From NCBI GenBank assembly GCA_043228905.1, contig JBHGNT010000463.1, positions 1 to 23,899 of the forward strand: a stretch of 23,899 nucleotides of DNA, in the 5' to 3' direction. The notes under the pieces were generated by a model that saw only the letters and a program-made list of their open reading frames with translations, was not told the origin of the DNA and made no database searches. Positions 21,201 through 23,899 of this stretch are shown in pieces (position 1 is the first letter of the stretch; each line of letters starts with the position of its first letter). The translations under genes and the position numbers were made by a program. This DNA is from Azolla caroliniana (lineage: Eukaryota > Plantae > Polypodiophyta).

Positions 21201-22711
21201 GTGAAACATATGTGTGCGAGACCACTACAAAATAGGGGAATTCGTAATTAGAAATGCTGCCCACATTGGCACACGAGATAAGTGTTAATTTCTAGCCATA
21301 GAATGCAAACTTCCTTTCCATGCTTAATTGACGGCATGATCATCGACACTAGGGTTATTGCTCTTGCCTATTAGTGCATGTATTATTAGAGTTTCTAGTT
21401 TCCTATACTTAAATGGCGAGTAACATAATTGGAGCCTTAGTTCACAACTTGACAATTTGGTAATGTAACCAAGTTATACTTGTTCCAAAGTTAGTTTCTC
21501 CTAGAAGAGGATTGCCCTCGAAATTAACAAATACTCATCCAATTGTTAATTTCTATCCACACAAAAAATGAAATGGGAAATAATAACATATGTTCTTGGC
21601 TAGATATCAAAACTCTTTAAACCAAGAGTTTAATCCACATTCACATCATGTAATTATTGAACGACACAACACTTTTCTTTCATTCAAGAATACAAGACTA
21701 ACACCAAACTTCCTTAACATGGCTTCCATTTACACCTACACTAATGTTGTCTTGAGGCCTTCAAATTTAATATAGGACGGATGAGTTCCATATATGTATG
21801 TTCAGACATTCATATTAGGGTTAAATTGATGAGTTAATATCATCATTGACTCTATATGCCACTTGATACTATTATCATTGTTGCGAACCTCCCTAATAAT
21901 AAATTAGTGAGAGAAAAAGAGGGGTTCATGTGTCCAGGATATAATATGGGATCTCCACTAAGGAAATGTATTGCTTTTTAACAAGTTTTTAAGATAAACA
22001 AATAATTTTCCCGTTGGAAATATATGAACCACCATGGCATGCCAAAAACATTGGTATGATAGGCCAAGATCTTGTGAAGATTAGGGCTTCAAGTGTCCAA
22101 TATTGTGAGATACCTTATTTTGACATTAATAACAAGTACATGGCAATCTACTCAATATATACTATTTAATTTGAACTTCATATTTGTAAAGATCTTGCTT
22201 ACAAATCCTTTTCTTAAATTTTTGTTTCTTTACATATTGAGGATCATACGTGTGCCCTTTTTGTAGGATGTGGAACAAACGCTTGATTATATCTTGGATA
22301 CAATCCCAAGTGCACATCCTCTTGAGCCATACTTATCTCTCTTGGGATTAAATGGCCAACTAGTGATGTTAGGAGTTGTTCCAAGTCCCCTACAGTTCAT
22401 CACATCCATGCTAATTTTGGGTAAATACAATCTTCTTTCTCTAAGTTCTTACTACTTGCTTTTTGTTACCTTCTCTAATTATACATTTCCGTCATTTAAA
22501 ATGCTTTCTAGGAAGGAGGAGTATTGGAGGAAGTTTTGTAGGAGGAGTGGAAGAGATGCAAGAAATGTTAAATTTTGCAGCACATAAAGACATAAAATGC
22601 ATGATTGAAGTGATACCCATGGACTACATAAACAAGGCTATGGAAAGATTGGAAAAGAACGATGTGCGATATCGATTTGTATTGGATGTTGCTAATAGTA
22701 TAGAATCATGA
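14844..22711 (+). CDS. CAD: Cinnamyl alcohol dehydrogenase (class I/bona fide type), 6 exons: 14844-14920, 17510-17623, 18323-18553, 19271-19562, 22267-22420, 22512-22711; 355 aa
   Basis: All introns are GT-AG with matching phases; exons sum to 1068 nt (356 codons including TGA). Motifs: catalytic Zn CGICHTD and GHEV, structural Zn C-x2-C-x2-C-x7-C ([17 protein letters not shown]), AAPLLCAG, Rossmann [13 protein letters not shown] (NADPH preference), C-terminal [14 protein letters not shown]. Confidence 0.96.
15263..15334 (+). mobile_element. SINE-like family A copy 2 (diverged), CAD intron 1
   Basis: Colinear with 13614-13686, e.g. TCATGCATTCGACCCCCACATTCCA vs TCATGTATTCAACCACTACATTCCA. Confidence 0.5.
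15366..15388. repeat. (TG)n microsatellite, CAD intron 1
   Basis: Direct reading. Confidence 0.95.
17510..17623 (+). CDS. CAD: CAD exon 2 ([38 protein letters not shown])
   Basis: Acceptor tgcag|A, donor GG|gtcagg; 114 nt; contains the catalytic Cys. Confidence 0.95.
17631..17683. repeat. (TC)n microsatellite just after the CAD exon 2 donor
   Basis: Direct reading. Confidence 0.95.
17695..17771 (+). mobile_element. tRNA-derived SINE-like element, family B (best-preserved copy)
   Basis: A-box-like TACGCTAGTGG and B-box GGTTCGAAACC; reverse complement aligns with 13701-13776 and 11509-11570. Confidence 0.6.
17814..17859 (-). mobile_element. SINE-like family A copy 3 with internal deletion, CAD intron 2
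   Basis: Minus strand reads ATGGATGTAGCTCAGTTGGTCATGGGTTGAACCCCTACATTCCACA, i.e. the head and tail of copy 1 joined at a GGT microhomology. Confidence 0.6.
17867..17900. repeat. (CT)n microsatellite, CAD intron 2
   Basis: Direct reading. Confidence 0.95.
18189..18221. repeat. Compound (TC)n(AC)n microsatellite, CAD intron 2
   Basis: Direct reading. Confidence 0.95.
18323..18553 (+). CDS. CAD: CAD exon 3 (HEVTG...[14 protein letters not shown])
   Basis: Acceptor tgtag|A, donor AG|gtaagg; 231 nt; contains the structural Zn cysteines. Confidence 0.95.
18853..19117. mobile_element. Possible degenerate MITE/fold-back in CAD intron 3
   Basis: Left arm AACCATACA..ATTCGCATTC..CATTCG mirrors right arm CGAATG..GAATGTGAAT..TGTATGGTT; no TSD identified. 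Confidence 0.35.
19271..19562 (+). CDS. CAD: CAD exon 4 (FVVRIPDG...HQAMK)
   Basis: Acceptor cgcag|G, donor AAG|gtaata; APLLCAG and GLGGVGHM motifs. Confidence 0.95.
20385..20685 (+). pseudogene. Fragment of a protein-primed family B DNA polymerase (organellar linear-plasmid dpo-like) in CAD intron 4
   Basis: One frame reads [36 protein letters not shown] (polB motif A, DxNSLYP). After frameshifts: [33 protein letters not shown] and FEKSKTFVS, in the order recalled for plant mitochondrial plasmid polymerases. Confidence 0.8.
22267..22420 (+). CDS. CAD: CAD exon 5 ([14 protein letters not shown]...MLILG)
   Basis: Acceptor ttgtag|GAT, donor G|gtaaat, phase 1. Confidence 0.93.
22512..22711 (+). 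CDS. CAD: CAD exon 6 ([11 protein letters not shown]...DVANSIES*)
   Basis: Acceptor ttctag|GA; TGA at 22709-22711. Confidence 0.95.
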
Positions 22712-22720
22712 GATAACATG

Positions 22721-22915
22721 TTGAAAACAAATCCCTAAAGCATAGAAGTTTTCTTATATTATAAATCTTTATGTATGTACCTTTCAAATAAAATAATGGT
22801 AAACTACCATTGAAAAATTACCATATTGAAAAACAAATCCCTCCAAGTATAGAAGTAGTCTCATATCATAAATCTTTATGTACCTTTCAAATAGAATAAT
22901 AGTAAACGACCATTG
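22721..22915 (+). repeat. ~90-bp imperfect direct duplication in the CAD 3' UTR
   Basis: 22721-22812 and 22826-22915 share TTGAAAACAAATCCCT..ATAGAAGT..ATAAATCTTTATGT..ACCTTTCAAATA..GTAAAC.ACCATTG. Confidence 0.85.
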
Positions 22916-23609
22916 CAATGTCACATGAACTCATATCCCTTTTGCCGTTTTACTCGATGGAAAGCACTCAATGATTAGATGTTAGCATCCAAATTCGAAA
23001 CCAACATGAGGTTTCTTTGATAGGGTGCTAGATAAATAAAGTAGAATGCAAAGATGTTACCTACGTATCATTGTATTACATTCACTTTGAAACAAAACGA
23101 GTAACCACATGACCAATTATTTTCCTCTCCAACAACCAATGTGACATGTTCCTACTCAATACATGCTTGCACACACATACCCTTGAGTTTCCCAAGTTTC
23201 GTTGTTCCACACACTTCAAATGCAAAGAAGCAAAACTCATCTATGATGAATACACTGCAATCAAATGTTGAGTATAAAATTCTTCCCAATTCTTTTCACA
23301 TACTCTCTATCACATAGACATCGATTGATGCTCAATTTCTACGATATGCTCTTTATTTTCTTCTCAAAGGCAAAACACATTTCTAAATTAGTGGTCTTAA
23401 TAGAGAGAAAATAGTGTTTGTTTGGTCTTCCATTGGTGCGTGATGAGATGATGGGCGTCAAATTTGGATAGCATATGGTGGTGAGATATATATTATTGTG
23501 TTTCTAAGTTGAACGTGTGGTCCCCTGATCCACGATAACTTTAATTTCCATGTATACCTCATTACTAGCATTGGAAGAAGGCAAATGATTTCCATTTCTC
23601 ACCCATTTA

Positions 23610-23639
23610 ATGAACTAATAAATCGCAACATTAGTTCAT
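23610..23639. other. Perfect 10-bp hairpin next to the organellar insertion
   Basis: ATGAACTAAT - 10-nt loop - ATTAGTTCAT. Confidence 0.6.
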
Positions 23640-23675
23640 CATATGAGGGGGTTTTGTGCTATGCCTATCACCTGC

Positions 23676-23899
23676 CGTGATCTAGCTCGTGAAGGTAACA
23701 GACTTTGAATCTGCTCCAGGTTATCGGTTTGAATCCGATAGCAGGTACGAAAGAGAGTAGGCCCCATCTGAACCGGAAAAGAGCGGGAAGCTAGCCCTTC
23801 TTTTCTTTGGACATGCTAGTAAGTGGAGTCTCAAACTAGTTGCCACTTGCAAAGCATGGAAAGAGATCATATTTGAGTTTGACAAAATCAATACCCCGT
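23676..23899 (+). pseudogene. rbcL: Plastid-derived rbcL 3' fragments (NUPT): 23676-23699 (RDLAREGN) and 23815-23899 (ASKWSLKLVATCKAWKEIIFEFDKINTP)
   Basis: Match to the RuBisCO large-subunit C-terminus (GRDLAREGN..ASKWSPELAAACEVWKEI.FEF..IDTL), with mainly C>T and G>A changes; runs off the window end. Confidence 0.85.
23720..23747 (+). pseudogene. 3' half of an organellar tRNA (trnM-CAU-like), non-functional
   Basis: T-arm ATCGG-TTTGAAT-CCGAT followed by the acceptor strand AGCAGGT-A, resembling plastid trnM ...ATTGGTTCAAATCCAATAGTAGGTA; 5' half absent. Confidence 0.5.

Noticed and set aside
1-23899. CRISPR arrays, operons or prokaryotic defence systems
   Set aside because: The sequence is eukaryotic nuclear DNA with spliceosomal introns, and there is no regularly spaced repeat-spacer array.

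Overview
AT-rich nuclear DNA of a land plant, most likely a vascular plant with flagellated sperm such as a fern (inferred from gene content). Two intron-rich genes diverge from a ~7 kb TE-rich intergenic region. (1) Minus strand, ~7779-808: a gene for a helical protein with Sfi1-type centrin-binding repeats (26-33 aa Trp periodicity) followed by a coiled coil. Its 3' ~407 codons splice cleanly, but a block of central and 5' exons carries stops and frameshifts. (2) Plus strand, 14844-22711: an intact six-exon, 355-aa class I-type cinnamyl alcohol dehydrogenase (CAD). The intergenic region holds a TSD-delimited, 5'-truncated LINE with a (TC)n tail, into which a solo LTR has inserted, itself carrying a tRNA-like SINE. 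There are also two tRNA-derived SINE-like families and a possible 5S-bearing (Cassandra-like) solo LTR. CAD intron 4 contains a decayed protein-primed family B DNA polymerase fragment of organellar linear-plasmid type. The window ends in a mosaic organellar insertion: the rbcL 3' end split by filler containing a tRNA 3' half. All assignments come from manual translation and recalled family motifs; no searches were run.
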